Of a DNA stretch of 64,000 nucleotides, positions 29,638 to 40,181 are shown piece by piece (the stretch's first letter is position 1; each line of letters starts with the position of its first letter). The stretch covers positions 2,290 through 66,289 of the forward strand of contig JABMMM010000174.1 of assembly GCA_013205565.1 (NCBI GenBank), read 5' to 3'. The stretch is from Alcaligenaceae bacterium (lineage in GTDB: Bacteria; Pseudomonadota; Gammaproteobacteria; Burkholderiales; Burkholderiaceae_B). A program made the translations under genes and the position numbers. Below the pieces are notes generated by a model. The model saw only the letters and a list, made by a program, of their open reading frames with translations. It had not been told where the DNA came from and ran no database searches.

Positions 29638-30192
29638 ATGGCTTTAACTTTAAATGATGTGACGCAACTACTCACCGTTGAAGGTAACAATCAATACGGC
29701 GGCGAAGCCGTCAGTCAACTTGAGCATGCCCTTCAATGCGCCGCGCTGGCCGAGCAAGCAGGCGAAACACCGCATACGATCACCGCAGCCTTATTGCACG
29801 ATATCGGACATTTGTTAGCCAAAACCGGGCGCGTTCAAGCAAGTGCCAGTAACGGGAGTGGTGACGACTTGCATCAGTATGTTGCCTTGCCTTTTTTGCG
29901 AGGCCTGTTTTCGAACGCGGTCCTTGAACCTATTCGCTTACATGTCGATGCTAAACGCTACCTCTGTGCAACAGACCAGTCGTACTGGACCACCCTTTCG
30001 ACGGCCTCCAAACATAGCCTCATTATGCAAGGCGGTACGTACACCCCACCACAGGCGGCAGAATTTGAAGCGCAATCGTTTGCCCAAGAGGCCGTGCGGC
30101 TTCGTCGCTATGACGATTTGGCCAAAATGCCTGAGGCTGTCACGCCAGCTTTGCCATACTTTTTAAAAATTATACATAGCGTCGCACTTTGA
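29638..30192 (+). CDS. phnZ: PhnZ-like HD-domain di-iron phosphonate oxygenase
   Basis: YGGEAVSQLEHALQ, LLHDIGH, HVDAKRYL, SKHSL.MQGG, RRYDDLAK. Confidence 0.8.
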   Translation: MALTLNDVTQLLTVEGNNQYGGEAVSQLEHALQCAALAEQAGETPHTITAALLHDIGHLLAKTGRVQASASNGSGDDLHQYVALPFLRGLFSNAVLEPIRLHVDAKRYLCATDQSYWTTLSTASKHSLIMQGGTYTPPQAAEFEAQSFAQEAVRLRRYDDLAKMPEAVTPALPYFLKIIHSVAL

Positions 30193-30231
30193 CTCGCTAG
30201 CACATTCACCCGATCTACCTACAGGATTCAC

Positions 30232-31899
30232 ATGCAACTGCTTCACTCTAAACGTTGGTTTCTGAAACTCACTGCGCTCGGGCTGTGTGCGTTAGCGTTG
30301 CCAAGCGCCTTTTCGCAACCCGCAGACACTCGCCCTGTGGTGCGCGTGGCAGTACAGCAATTACTCACCAGCGGTGCGCTAGACCCCTTGCGCGAGCAAA
30401 GTAACGTTGGCACGCGCATTTTGCCGATGATTTATGCCGGTCTGATCCAACTAGATACCGTTGGAGATCTTTCGCCGCGGCCTTCACTTGCTGAATCGTG
30501 GAAGCGCATTGACGCCCAGACCATCGAATTTAAGTTGCGCCCCGGTGTTAAGTTTCACAACGGCGATGAGGTGACCGCTGAAGATGTTGCGTTTAGCTTT
30601 GGCGCTGAGCGCATGTTCGGTACCTCTGCGCCCCGTCAACTCAATCAAGACAGTAAAACGATTGCGGTAGACATCGGTCGCAAGACCACAAGTTCAACAG
30701 CCGGTAGCATGGAATTACCCCCACCTGAGATTACTGCGATCGCACGTAATTTATGGCCCTCTTTGCAAAGCGTCGAGATCGTCGATCGCTACACCGTGCG
30801 CCTGGTCAACGCCATGCCGGACCTCACCCTCGAAGGGCGCATCGCGCGTTTAGGCTCTGAGATCGTTTCAAAGAAAGCCTATATGGCCTCAAAAGACTGG
30901 GCGAGTTGGGCTCAGGCGCCGGTAAGCGCAGGCCCATACAAAGTTAAAGAGATGAAATTAGATCAGTATCTGGTCTTAACTGCGCATGATGACTATTTTG
31001 GCGGAAAGCCTTTAGTCAAAGAAATTCGCTACATGGTGGTGCCTGAAGTCTCTTCACGTATTAACGGCTTGTTATCTGGTCAATACGACTTTGTGACCGA
31101 TATCCCGCCAGATCAGTTCAAAACGATACAAGGCAATGCCAAGCTCGAGGTGGTCGGTGGCCCAGTGCTGAATCACCGTCTGATTACGTTCGACAAAAAT
31201 CACCCAGTCCTTGCAAACCCAAAAGTGCGACAGGCCATGACGCATGCGATTGATCGCAACGCCATCGTCGAAGCAATCTGGGGTGGTCAAACTCGCGTGC
31301 CCGCTGGTCTGCAATTTGAGTTCTACGGCGATATGTTCGTGAAAGGCTGGACAGTACCGAAGTATGACGTGGCGCTTGCCAAAAAGCTTCTGACTGAGGC
31401 TGGCTACAAGGGCGAAGTGATTCACTTCAGAGGCTTGAACAATTACTACACCAATCAGACACAAACTGACCAAATCATGCTCGAGATGTGGCGCGCTGCC
31501 GGCCTGAACGTTCAAATGTCGATGAAAGAAAACTGGGCACAAATTTTTGAGAAAGGGCCAACGCGCGGTGTCCGTGGCTGGTCAAATTCAGCGCCCTTTA
31601 GTGATCCAGTGAGCTCACTGGTTAACCAACATGGACCAAATGGTCAACAACAACAGACCGGCGAATGGACAAACGTTGAGTTCAATAAATTGTCTGACAT
31701 ACTTTCGACCTCAGTTGATCCGGTTGAGCGGCAACAGACCTTTAAACGCATGCTAGAGATTGCCGAACGTGAAGACCCTGCCTACACAGTTCTACATCAG
31801 AGTGCAGTGTTCTATGCCAAACGTAAAGACTTTGTCTGGAAGCCCTCAAAGACCTTCGTCATGGATTTTCGTGCCACAAACCTCACCCCGCCAAAATAA
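30232..31899 (+). CDS. Family-5 periplasmic binding protein, AccA (agrocinopine)-like
   Basis: LAESW..ID, GVKFHNG, GPY; C-terminal half (NNYY...MLEMWR, RGWSN, GPNGQ, KRKDFVWKP...MDFR) resembles A. tumefaciens AccA as I recall it. Confidence 0.8.
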   Translation: MQLLHSKRWFLKLTALGLCALALPSAFSQPADTRPVVRVAVQQLLTSGALDPLREQSNVGTRILPMIYAGLIQLDTVGDLSPRPSLAESWKRIDAQTIEFKLRPGVKFHNGDEVTAEDVAFSFGAERMFGTSAPRQLNQDSKTIAVDIGRKTTSSTAGSMELPPPEITAIARNLWPSLQSVEIVDRYTVRLVNAMPDLTLEGRIARLGSEIVSKKAYMASKDWASWAQAPVSAGPYKVKEMKLDQYLVLTAHDDYFGGKPLVKEIRYMVVPEVSSRINGLLSGQYDFVTDIPPDQFKTIQGNAKLEVVGGPVLNHRLITFDKNHPVLANPKVRQAMTHAIDRNAIVEAIWGGQTRVPAGLQFEFYGDMFVKGWTVPKYDVALAKKLLTEAGYKGEVIHFRGLNNYYTNQTQTDQIMLEMWRAAGLNVQMSMKENWAQIFEKGPTRGVRGWSNSAPFSDPVSSLVNQHGPNGQQQQTGEWTNVEFNKLSDILSTSVDPVERQQTFKRMLEIAEREDPAYTVLHQSAVFYAKRKDFVWKPSKTFVMDFRATNLTPPK

Positions 31900-32881
31900 T
31901 GAACTCGACTGTAGTTGATTCTCACCCGCTACTAAATATCAGCGAACTACGGATCGCGTTCGACCAACGCGGACACACCTCTGAAGTGTTGCATGGCGTC
32001 GATCTGCAAATCGCGCGCGGCGAATCAATTGGTCTGGTGGGTGAGTCGGGCTGCGGCAAGAGCGTCACTTGGTTAGGCGTGCTCGGCTTATTAGGTCAGC
32101 AAGCGCAGGTGACGGGTTCGGTCAAGTTTCAAGGCCGCGAACTTCTCGGTTTATCGGATGCAGAACTTTCGCAGATACGCGGTCGAAAGATCGCGATGAT
32201 TTTTCAAGATCCGAGTTCATCGCTCAATCCAGCCCAGCGCATTGGTGCGCAAATTGCAGAGAGTTTGTCCCTGCATCGAGGCTTGCGCGGCGCGCAGGCA
32301 AAAGCGGAGGTACTTGCCTTATTGGATCACGTTGAGATTCCCGATGCCAAGAGGCGCATCAACGCTTATCCGCATGAACTTTCGGGCGGCATGAATCAAC
32401 GCGTCATGATTGCCATGGCTTTAGCCGGACAACCCGATTTACTCATCGCCGATGAACCCACCACCGCCTTAGATGCGACAGTACAAGCACAAATCTTGGT
32501 GTTGCTGGATACCATCCGGCGCGAGAGCGGTATGGCGCTTGTGACCATTTCGCACGACCTTGGCGTGATCTCAGAGATTAGCGATCGCGTGCTAGTGATG
32601 TATGCAGGCTCTATTGTCGAAAGCGCCCCAAGCCAGACATTATTCAGCGAGGCGCAACATCCTTACAGTCTTGGCCTCTTAGCAGCGATGCCACTGTTGA
32701 ACGCTGAGGTTAACCGTCTGACGACCATACGAGGCAGTCTTCCGCAAACAGGGCAACTCATGCAAGGGTGTCGTTTTGAGCCCCGTTGCGATTTTGCACA
32801 AGAGAACTGTCGCGCCAGCGCCCCTGCGCTCAAGACCATCGCAGTCGGTCACGTCTTAGCCTGCAACCGCAAACTGGCAGC

Positions 32882-32885
<4 letters not shown>
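31899..32885 (+). CDS. Opp/Dpp-type ABC ATPase
   Basis: GESGCGKS, YPHELSGGMNQR, DEPTTALD, C-terminal CRFEPRC. Confidence 0.92.
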
Positions 32886-33883
<998 letters not shown>

Positions 33884-33885
33884 AC

Positions 33886-34815
33886 ATGGGTCGATACCTG
33901 TTGTCTCGCAGTTTGCGCGCATTGCTGACCATTTTCTTAGTGGTTGGTTTTGCTTTCACGATCTTGCGTTTGTCGGGCGACCCAGCGATGATGATTTTAT
34001 CGGCCGATGCCCCACCCGAGGCCATCGCCGCTTTTCGCGCAAGCTGGGGCCTTGACGCACCCCTTTGGCAACAGTTTTGGGGTTACTTAATGAATATTCT
34101 GCAGGGAAACTTCGGGGTGTCAATGCGCGATGCCAGCCCTGCGATGGGGCTTGTGCTTGAAGCGATCCCGGCCACGCTGGCCCTCGCGCTCCCTGCGTTT
34201 GCTCTGAATCTGTTAATTGGCATCCCCGCAGGAATTTTCGCAGCCCTGCACCGAAACTCGTGGATGGATCGTGTCGTGATGAGTTTCTCTGTTGCTGGAC
34301 ACACCTTGCCAAGCTTCGTTCTAGGTCTGTTGTTGGTATTAATTTTCGCAGTGAGTTTGGGTTGGTTACCCAGCGGAGGGTTCAGTGGCGTTGAGCACGC
34401 GGTGTTGCCGATTTTGACCTTGACCGTGGGTGGCGCTGCTGTTTTGGCGCGTTACACACGATCGTCGATGTTAGAAGTCTTAGGCCAACCCTATATTCGG
34501 GCCGCCTCTGCTAAAGGCTTACGTTGGTCGCAAGTCGTGATTCGCCATGCTCTGCCCAACGCAGCATTGCCAATCATCACAATCGCTGGGCTTATGTTCG
34601 GAGGTCTGATCGCAGGCGCGGTTGTTGTCGAAAGCGTATTTTCATGGCCGGGTGTCGGCCGACTCACCGTTTCTGCCGTCGGTAATCGTGATCTGGCCGT
34701 GGTGCAAGCGGCCTTGTTACTTATCACAGTCAGTATGGTCGCAACCAACTTGCTCGTCGATGCGATCTACTGCTTGTTTGATCCGCGCTTACGCACCAGC
34801 GCTGGCGCGCATTAA
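33886..34815 (+). CDS. Opp/Dpp-type permease (B)
   Basis: RLSGDP, YIRAASAKGL, VESVFSWPGVG; start moved to 33886. Confidence 0.92.
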   Translation: MGRYLLSRSLRALLTIFLVVGFAFTILRLSGDPAMMILSADAPPEAIAAFRASWGLDAPLWQQFWGYLMNILQGNFGVSMRDASPAMGLVLEAIPATLALALPAFALNLLIGIPAGIFAALHRNSWMDRVVMSFSVAGHTLPSFVLGLLLVLIFAVSLGWLPSGGFSGVEHAVLPILTLTVGGAAVLARYTRSSMLEVLGQPYIRAASAKGLRWSQVVIRHALPNAALPIITIAGLMFGGLIAGAVVVESVFSWPGVGRLTVSAVGNRDLAVVQAALLLITVSMVATNLLVDAIYCLFDPRLRTSAGAH

Positions 34816-34869
34816 TAGGCGCCAGAAAAAATTGATCCTCGCAGCCTTCACTCTAAAAAGTTATCCGCC

Positions 34870-35742
34870 ATGGCAGTCCTAGCGCCTTCACTTCCAACTA
34901 CCTCGCGTCATTATTTTTGGCAAGAGTACCCACCCCTCGTGATGATCGCAATCGCTTGGATTTTAGGGATATTCATCATCGCCGCATTGGCGGATCTAAT
35001 TGCACCGTACACCTATACAGCGCTTGATCTTAAAGCACGGCTGCAACCACCACTTGGGCTGGGCGGTACGACACGCCATTTGCTTGGCACCGATGAGCTG
35101 GGTCGGGACGTTCTTTCTAGACTATTGATCTCGGTGCAAGTGAGCCTGTTGATCGCCTTTGCCAGCACCTTGATTTCAGCTTTTATTGGACTCGCCTTAG
35201 GATTTTTATCCGCACACTTCAAGGGTTGGCTTGAACAGGTCGTGCTCACCTTGATTGATTTTCAAGCATCAATCCCATTCATGATCATTGCCTTGGCAGT
35301 GTTAGCTTTCTTTGGCAACACGCTGGTACTGTTTATTTGTTTAATGGGCTGCCACGGTTGGGAGCGTAGCGCGCGCATCACACGCAGCCTCACAATCGCG
35401 GCCAATGAACAAGGCTATGCCAACGCTGTGCATGCACTGGGCGCCAGTTCTTGGCGGGTCTACTTTCGGCATATTTTGCCCAATATCGCGAGCACGCTGA
35501 TCGTTAGCATGACGCTCACCTTTCCTGAGGTTATTTTGCTTGAATCAGGCCTGTCTTTTTTAGGCTTAGGTGTGCAACCCCCACTGACTAGCTTAGGCAA
35601 TATGGTGGGTTATGGTCGTGAATATTTACAAACGGCCCCTTGGATTTTGCTCGCTCCGAGCTGCGTCATTGTGTTGACCACCTTCTCGATCAGTCTGACC
35701 GGCGACTGGTTGCGTGACCGGCTAGATCCAACTCTGCGCTGA
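34870..35742 (+). CDS. Opp/Dpp-type permease (C)
   Basis: HLLGTDELGRD, HILPN, ESGLSFLGLG. Confidence 0.92.
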   Translation: MAVLAPSLPTTSRHYFWQEYPPLVMIAIAWILGIFIIAALADLIAPYTYTALDLKARLQPPLGLGGTTRHLLGTDELGRDVLSRLLISVQVSLLIAFASTLISAFIGLALGFLSAHFKGWLEQVVLTLIDFQASIPFMIIALAVLAFFGNTLVLFICLMGCHGWERSARITRSLTIAANEQGYANAVHALGASSWRVYFRHILPNIASTLIVSMTLTFPEVILLESGLSFLGLGVQPPLTSLGNMVGYGREYLQTAPWILLAPSCVIVLTTFSISLTGDWLRDRLDPTLR

Positions 35743-35765
35743 CTTATTTCTTACGGATTCATCTC

Positions 35766-37310
35766 ATGACAACTAAACAAAAGAATGTCTTACTCATTGT
35801 CGTCGATCAGTGGCGCGGCGATACGCTCAAAAATCTTGGGCATCCCGTCATTCAAACCCCCAACATCGAGTCCTTAGCGAGCGAAGGTGTGACCTTTGCC
35901 AAGCATTACACGCAAGCCGTACCATGCGGCCCTGGTCGTGCCTCAATGCTGACCGGTCTTTACATGATGAACCACCGTGCGGTTCAAAACACAATCCCAC
36001 TCGATTCACGGCACACGAATATCGCAAAAGAAGTACGCAAGGCTGGCTATGAACCCGCCTTAGTCGGCTACACCACCACCACTCCCGACCCGCGCGAAAC
36101 AGACGCTCAAGACCCACGCTTTAAAGTCTTAGGGGCAGACATGGAGGGCTGGCGCCCAGTCGGCTCATGGGGGCTAAAAATGGAGGCCTACTTTGCCTGG
36201 CTTGCCTCACAGGGCTTTGCCATGCCAAAAGTGCCTACCGACATCTGGTTGCCACAAGGCGGTACCGAAGCTGATATTGGCGCAACAGCTAAGCCAAGCA
36301 TGGTCCCTGCGCATTTATCCGACACCACTTGGTTTACAGACCGTGCGCTCGAATACCTGCAAGGGACAGAGAACAAGCCATGGTTCTTGCATCTTGGCTA
36401 CTACCGCCCTCACCCGCCCTTTAGCGCTGCGGCACCTTACCACGAGATGTATGACCCAAAAGACTGCCCACCGCCGATTCGGGCCGCAAGCAAAGGCCTT
36501 GAAGCTGAGCAACATCCCCTTCTAGACTTTTATCTTCAGTCCATCGAGCGTCGTCGCTTCTTTGAAAACGGCCAGGGACTTGGCGCAGACATGCAAGAAG
36601 CTGAAGTCCGTCAAATGCGTGCCACGTACTACGGCTTGATGTCTGAGGTGGATCATCACATTGGGCGCGTCTTTGAGTACTTAAAAAAGACAGGCCAGTG
36701 GGAGAACACTTTAATCGTGCTAACAAGCGATCATGGCGAACAATTGGGCGATCATCATTTGTTGGGTAAGCTTGGCTATTTTGATCAGAGCTTTCATATC
36801 CCAATGATTGTTCGTGACCCAAACCCCGAGGCGAATGCCACGCGCGGCAATATTGTTCGGAACTTTACCGAAACGATTGACACCATGCCCACGATCTTGA
36901 GCTGGCTCGAGCGGCCAATTCCCAGAACGTGCGACGGGCATTCACTGTTGCCCTTTATACAAACTGGCATCGCGCCTGCAGACTGGCGTACTGAAGTGCA
37001 TTATGAATTTGACTTTAGAAATATCTTCTACTCAAAACCCGAAGATTTTCTGGGCTTGTCAATGGATCAGTGCGCACTTTCAGTGATTCAAAATCACGAC
37101 TATAAATATGTACACTTTGCCGCGCTGCCGCCACTATTTTTTGATTTGACAAAAGATCCATCACAACTTCACAACGTTGCGCAAGATCCAAGCTACGCTC
37201 TCGCGTTATTAAAAATGACTCAAAAAATGCTTGACTGGAAGCTTTTGCACGCCGACCGCACGTTGACAGGCTATGCGGCCACGCCGGCTGGGTTGGTATC
37301 CAGGCTATGA
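35766..37310 (+). CDS. Phosphonate monoester hydrolase / phosphodiesterase (PMH, alkaline phosphatase superfamily)
   Basis: NVLLIVVDQWR, PCGPGRASMLTG (CxPxR formylglycine site), MNHRAVQNT, GYTTTTPDPR, HLGYYRPHPP, YVHFAALPPLFFDL, closely matching the recalled B. caryophylli/R. leguminosarum PMH. Confidence 0.88.
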   Translation: MTTKQKNVLLIVVDQWRGDTLKNLGHPVIQTPNIESLASEGVTFAKHYTQAVPCGPGRASMLTGLYMMNHRAVQNTIPLDSRHTNIAKEVRKAGYEPALVGYTTTTPDPRETDAQDPRFKVLGADMEGWRPVGSWGLKMEAYFAWLASQGFAMPKVPTDIWLPQGGTEADIGATAKPSMVPAHLSDTTWFTDRALEYLQGTENKPWFLHLGYYRPHPPFSAAAPYHEMYDPKDCPPPIRAASKGLEAEQHPLLDFYLQSIERRRFFENGQGLGADMQEAEVRQMRATYYGLMSEVDHHIGRVFEYLKKTGQWENTLIVLTSDHGEQLGDHHLLGKLGYFDQSFHIPMIVRDPNPEANATRGNIVRNFTETIDTMPTILSWLERPIPRTCDGHSLLPFIQTGIAPADWRTEVHYEFDFRNIFYSKPEDFLGLSMDQCALSVIQNHDYKYVHFAALPPLFFDLTKDPSQLHNVAQDPSYALALLKMTQKMLDWKLLHADRTLTGYAATPAGLVSRL

Positions 37311-37972
37311 AGACAGCCAAAGACTTTGTCGATGGCTGTTCGGCCATCGTCTTTGACCTTGATGGCACGCTCATGCATACCGAGCCCGATATTCGGCGTG
37401 CAGCAAACCAAGCGCTGATTGACTGTGGTTTTCAGACACTGGCGCCTGAACAAGTGATCCCAAACTTATATGGCCCGCTGCCCGACATTTTGGCCTCAGT
37501 GATGGCGCTCGTGCAGGCACCCGCGGTGGCCGCCGAGGAAATTCAACAGGCATACCTAACGCACTACGCGCGCCAAGCGCACGACCATTCGTTTCTATAT
37601 CCAAACGCCTTGGCTTTGCTCGAGCAATTACTTTCGCAAGGTCACCACTTAGCCGTATGCACCAATAAGATTGAGAAGTCGGCTAAGCAGGCGCTTGAAC
37701 GACACGGATTGTCCTCGTACTTTACGGTTGTAACGGGTGGCGATACGACCGCGCATCCCAAGCCTCACCCGTTGCCCTTACTCACGACAATTGACGCGTT
37801 GCAAGCCAAGGCTAGCAACTGCCTGTTGATTGGAGATACACACGTCGACGCGCTCTGTGCAAGCAACTGCGGCATACCCTTTGTTTTTCATTGCAGTGGC
37901 TATGGCGATGACTCAGTGCGACAGTATCCAGTTGCAGCGAGCTTTGCAAACTACGCAGAGATCTGTCGTTAG
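37307..37972 (+). CDS. HAD-family phosphatase (Gph-like)
   Basis: FDLDGTL, CTNK, KPHP, IGDTHVD; overlaps the PMH stop (ATGA). Confidence 0.85.
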   Translation: MKTAKDFVDGCSAIVFDLDGTLMHTEPDIRRAANQALIDCGFQTLAPEQVIPNLYGPLPDILASVMALVQAPAVAAEEIQQAYLTHYARQAHDHSFLYPNALALLEQLLSQGHHLAVCTNKIEKSAKQALERHGLSSYFTVVTGGDTTAHPKPHPLPLLTTIDALQAKASNCLLIGDTHVDALCASNCGIPFVFHCSGYGDDSVRQYPVAASFANYAEICR

Positions 37973-38006
37973 CGTCGCGCGTGCGCTCGCAAGACAGCGG
38001 TTTTCG

Positions 38007-39257
38007 TTAGCTCAGCGCCTCAGGTAAAACTGTTGTCTTAGCCTTCGAGGTTGCCAGAACTGCACTGGGATCCTCATTCGCGATCAATGATCTAAAAATG
38101 CCCTCGGTACGCGTGATCACCGAACTCCAATCGCGATCCACCGCAGTTTGACGCGCTGCGACTTGTATTTGAGTGCGTAAGGCGGGGTCTTCAACGACTT
38201 GTCGGGCGGCCTCGAAAAGCTGCTCTTCTTGATTAGGCGCAAGGACCATGCCGTTGCGCTTATGTTCGATTAACTGCCCCGCTGCGGCATGGTTGTAAGC
38301 CACTACCGCCAAGCCACTTGCCATCGCCTCAATCGTGACGTTACCAAAGGTCTCTGTCAGACTCGGAAAGATAAACAAATCTGCGCTAGCGTAGTGCTTC
38401 GCCAGATCCTGGCCAGTACGCGTACCCGCAAAGATCGCTTCAGGGATACTGCGTTCGAGGGCGTGACGCAGTGGGCCGTCTCCGACGATGACTAGTTTTA
38501 CTGGTAGCCCCTGCGCTTGCAAGGATTTAAAACAGCGAACAACAATATCCAGATTTTTTTCAACCGCTAGACGGCCAACGGAGAGCAGCACTTGTGTGTC
38601 TGCTGTCGCGCCCCAGCTCTGACGCAGGGACTCGTCTCGTTTTGCGGGCGAAAAGTTTTCTGTGTCCACACCACGCGGTACAACCATCAAGCGATCAAAA
38701 CCAATCTTTGAAAGCTCGGCCATCAAGCCTTGGGTCGGCACCATTGTGCAGTGCGTCGCATTATGGAATTTGCGCATATAGGCCACAATTGCGCCCTTTA
38801 GCCAGCCAAAGCCATAGAACTGACTGTAAGCATGAAAGTTTGTTCTGAAATCTGAACTCGTTGGTATTTTGAGCTTACGCGCTGCCCGCGAAGCAGACCA
38901 ACCTAAGGGACCCTCTGTCGCGATATGCACAAGATCAGGTCGCTGCTTGAGCCATAATTTTTGCAACGCGCCTTGCGCTGGTAACCCCATACGCAGTTGT
39001 TTGTACATTGGAATCGGCGCGCCACGCACCAATACCTCTTGGTAGCGCGAATCAACCGCTGCCTCGTGATCACTATGATTCCTAGGCCTGACCAGCATGA
39101 GTTCATGCCCACGCGCACGCAAGCCCTCTACGATCTTTGAAACAGTGTGTGCGACCCCATTAATATCTGGCGGATAGGTTTCTGTCACCAACGCTATTCT
39201 AAGACTAGGTTTGTCAGGGTAGATGCGATCGACTTGAATGGGGGCGTATTCGGTCAT
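38007..39257 (-). CDS. GT4 glycosyltransferase (Agt-like diacylglycerol glycosyltransferase candidate)
   Basis: VTETYPPDINGV, HIATEGPLG, SVGRLAVEKN, FPSLTETFG..EAMASG; start moved to ATG at 39257 because the promoter overlaps the track's TTG. Confidence 0.85.
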   Translation of the reverse strand: MTEYAPIQVDRIYPDKPSLRIALVTETYPPDINGVAHTVSKIVEGLRARGHELMLVRPRNHSDHEAAVDSRYQEVLVRGAPIPMYKQLRMGLPAQGALQKLWLKQRPDLVHIATEGPLGWSASRAARKLKIPTSSDFRTNFHAYSQFYGFGWLKGAIVAYMRKFHNATHCTMVPTQGLMAELSKIGFDRLMVVPRGVDTENFSPAKRDESLRQSWGATADTQVLLSVGRLAVEKNLDIVVRCFKSLQAQGLPVKLVIVGDGPLRHALERSIPEAIFAGTRTGQDLAKHYASADLFIFPSLTETFGNVTIEAMASGLAVVAYNHAAAGQLIEHKRNGMVLAPNQEEQLFEAARQVVEDPALRTQIQVAARQTAVDRDWSSVITRTEGIFRSLIANEDPSAVLATSKAKTTVLPEALS

Positions 39258-39297
39258 CTGAGCTCTTTCATACCAAGCAGTTTCTAGTATGTTTATC

Positions 39298-39331
39298 ACT
39301 GTACTCAAATTATGTAACCGTTCGATGACAG
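39298..39331 (-). promoter_or_regulatory. Pho-box promoter of the GT4 gene
   Basis: CTGTCAT-CGAA-CGGTTAC (39331-39314), 10 nt, TACAGT. Confidence 0.75.
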
Positions 39332-39349
39332 CAAGCTCTTGAAAATAAA

Positions 39350-39378
39350 CTGCAACACGATTGTCATCAAAAATTCAT
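39350..39378 (+). promoter_or_regulatory. Possible Pho box upstream of the Mpo1-like gene
   Basis: CTGCAAC-ACGA-TTGTCAT-CAAA-AATTCAT; no -10 at the 10-nt spacing. Confidence 0.5.
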
Positions 39379-39467
39379 CTTTTGGCGCGGCGCTTCTGAA
39401 ATAATCTGTTCTAAGACATCGCCCAAAATCTATTTGATTTGCGATACAGACAATCCAAGGGATCACA

Positions 39468-40076
39468 ATGAAAGAATTGCTCAACACCTTAAAAATACAG
39501 CGCTGGGATGATCACCGCTATTATCACCACAGTCGCATTAACCAAAGTTTGCACTTAGTCAGCGCGCTTTCGTTTTTAGTATCTTATGTGCTCCTGTTCA
39601 TTAATCCAGTCGCAGCATCGCTTGTTGCTTGGCTAGTTGCCATGACAACACGTCAATCAGGCCACTTCTTTTTTGAACCCAAGGGCTACGATCACGTCAA
39701 CCAAGCGACACACGAGCATAAAGAAGAAATCAAGGTTGGCTATAACTTACATCGTAAGATTGTGTTGCTGTCGATCTGGGCGGCGATCCCTGTGTTGGCC
39801 TACCTTCAGCCCTCTCTGATCACCTGGGCGGTCCCTGAGGCCTATGAAGATACCACCGTGCGCATCGTGGGCATGGCTTGGCTCTTTTTGGGCGTTGCTG
39901 GTTTGTTGTTTAGGGTCACTCAACTGTGTGTCAAAGAGAGCTTCAAAGCGGCGTTTGCCTGGGCTATAAAAATCTTAACTGACCCTGTGCATGATGTCAT
40001 GCTGTACCGTCGCTCACCGCTTTATTTAATGCGTGGTGAGTTGATTGATCCCATGCCACATATTCAGTCGCATTAA
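39468..40076 (+). CDS. Mpo1/DUF962-like membrane protein
   Basis: YYHHSRINQSLH and RQSGHFFFE resemble the Y..H...N...H and Q..GH..FE histidine motifs of DUF962/Mpo1; hydrophobic segments. Confidence 0.6.
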   Translation: MKELLNTLKIQRWDDHRYYHHSRINQSLHLVSALSFLVSYVLLFINPVAASLVAWLVAMTTRQSGHFFFEPKGYDHVNQATHEHKEEIKVGYNLHRKIVLLSIWAAIPVLAYLQPSLITWAVPEAYEDTTVRIVGMAWLFLGVAGLLFRVTQLCVKESFKAAFAWAIKILTDPVHDVMLYRRSPLYLMRGELIDPMPHIQSH

Positions 40077-40088
40077 GTCGGATCCAAA

Positions 40089-40162
40089 CAGAGACTTCAA
40101 CTCGGACACCCGACGCTAGAAGTCTCTGATTGCCCTCATCATCGTGCTAGAAGTCTCTGATT
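40089..40162. repeat. One inverted plus two direct copies of a GAAGTCTCTG core between convergent genes
   Basis: CAGAGACTTC at 40089-40098; GCTAGAAGTCTCTGATT at 40115-40131 and 40146-40162 (31-bp period); can form a hairpin. Confidence 0.75.
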
Positions 40163-40181
40163 ACCACCAACCAGCAGACCT

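Noticed and set aside
40089-40162. Possible mini-CRISPR (17-bp repeats)
   Set aside because: Only two direct copies, 14-bp spacer, no cas genes
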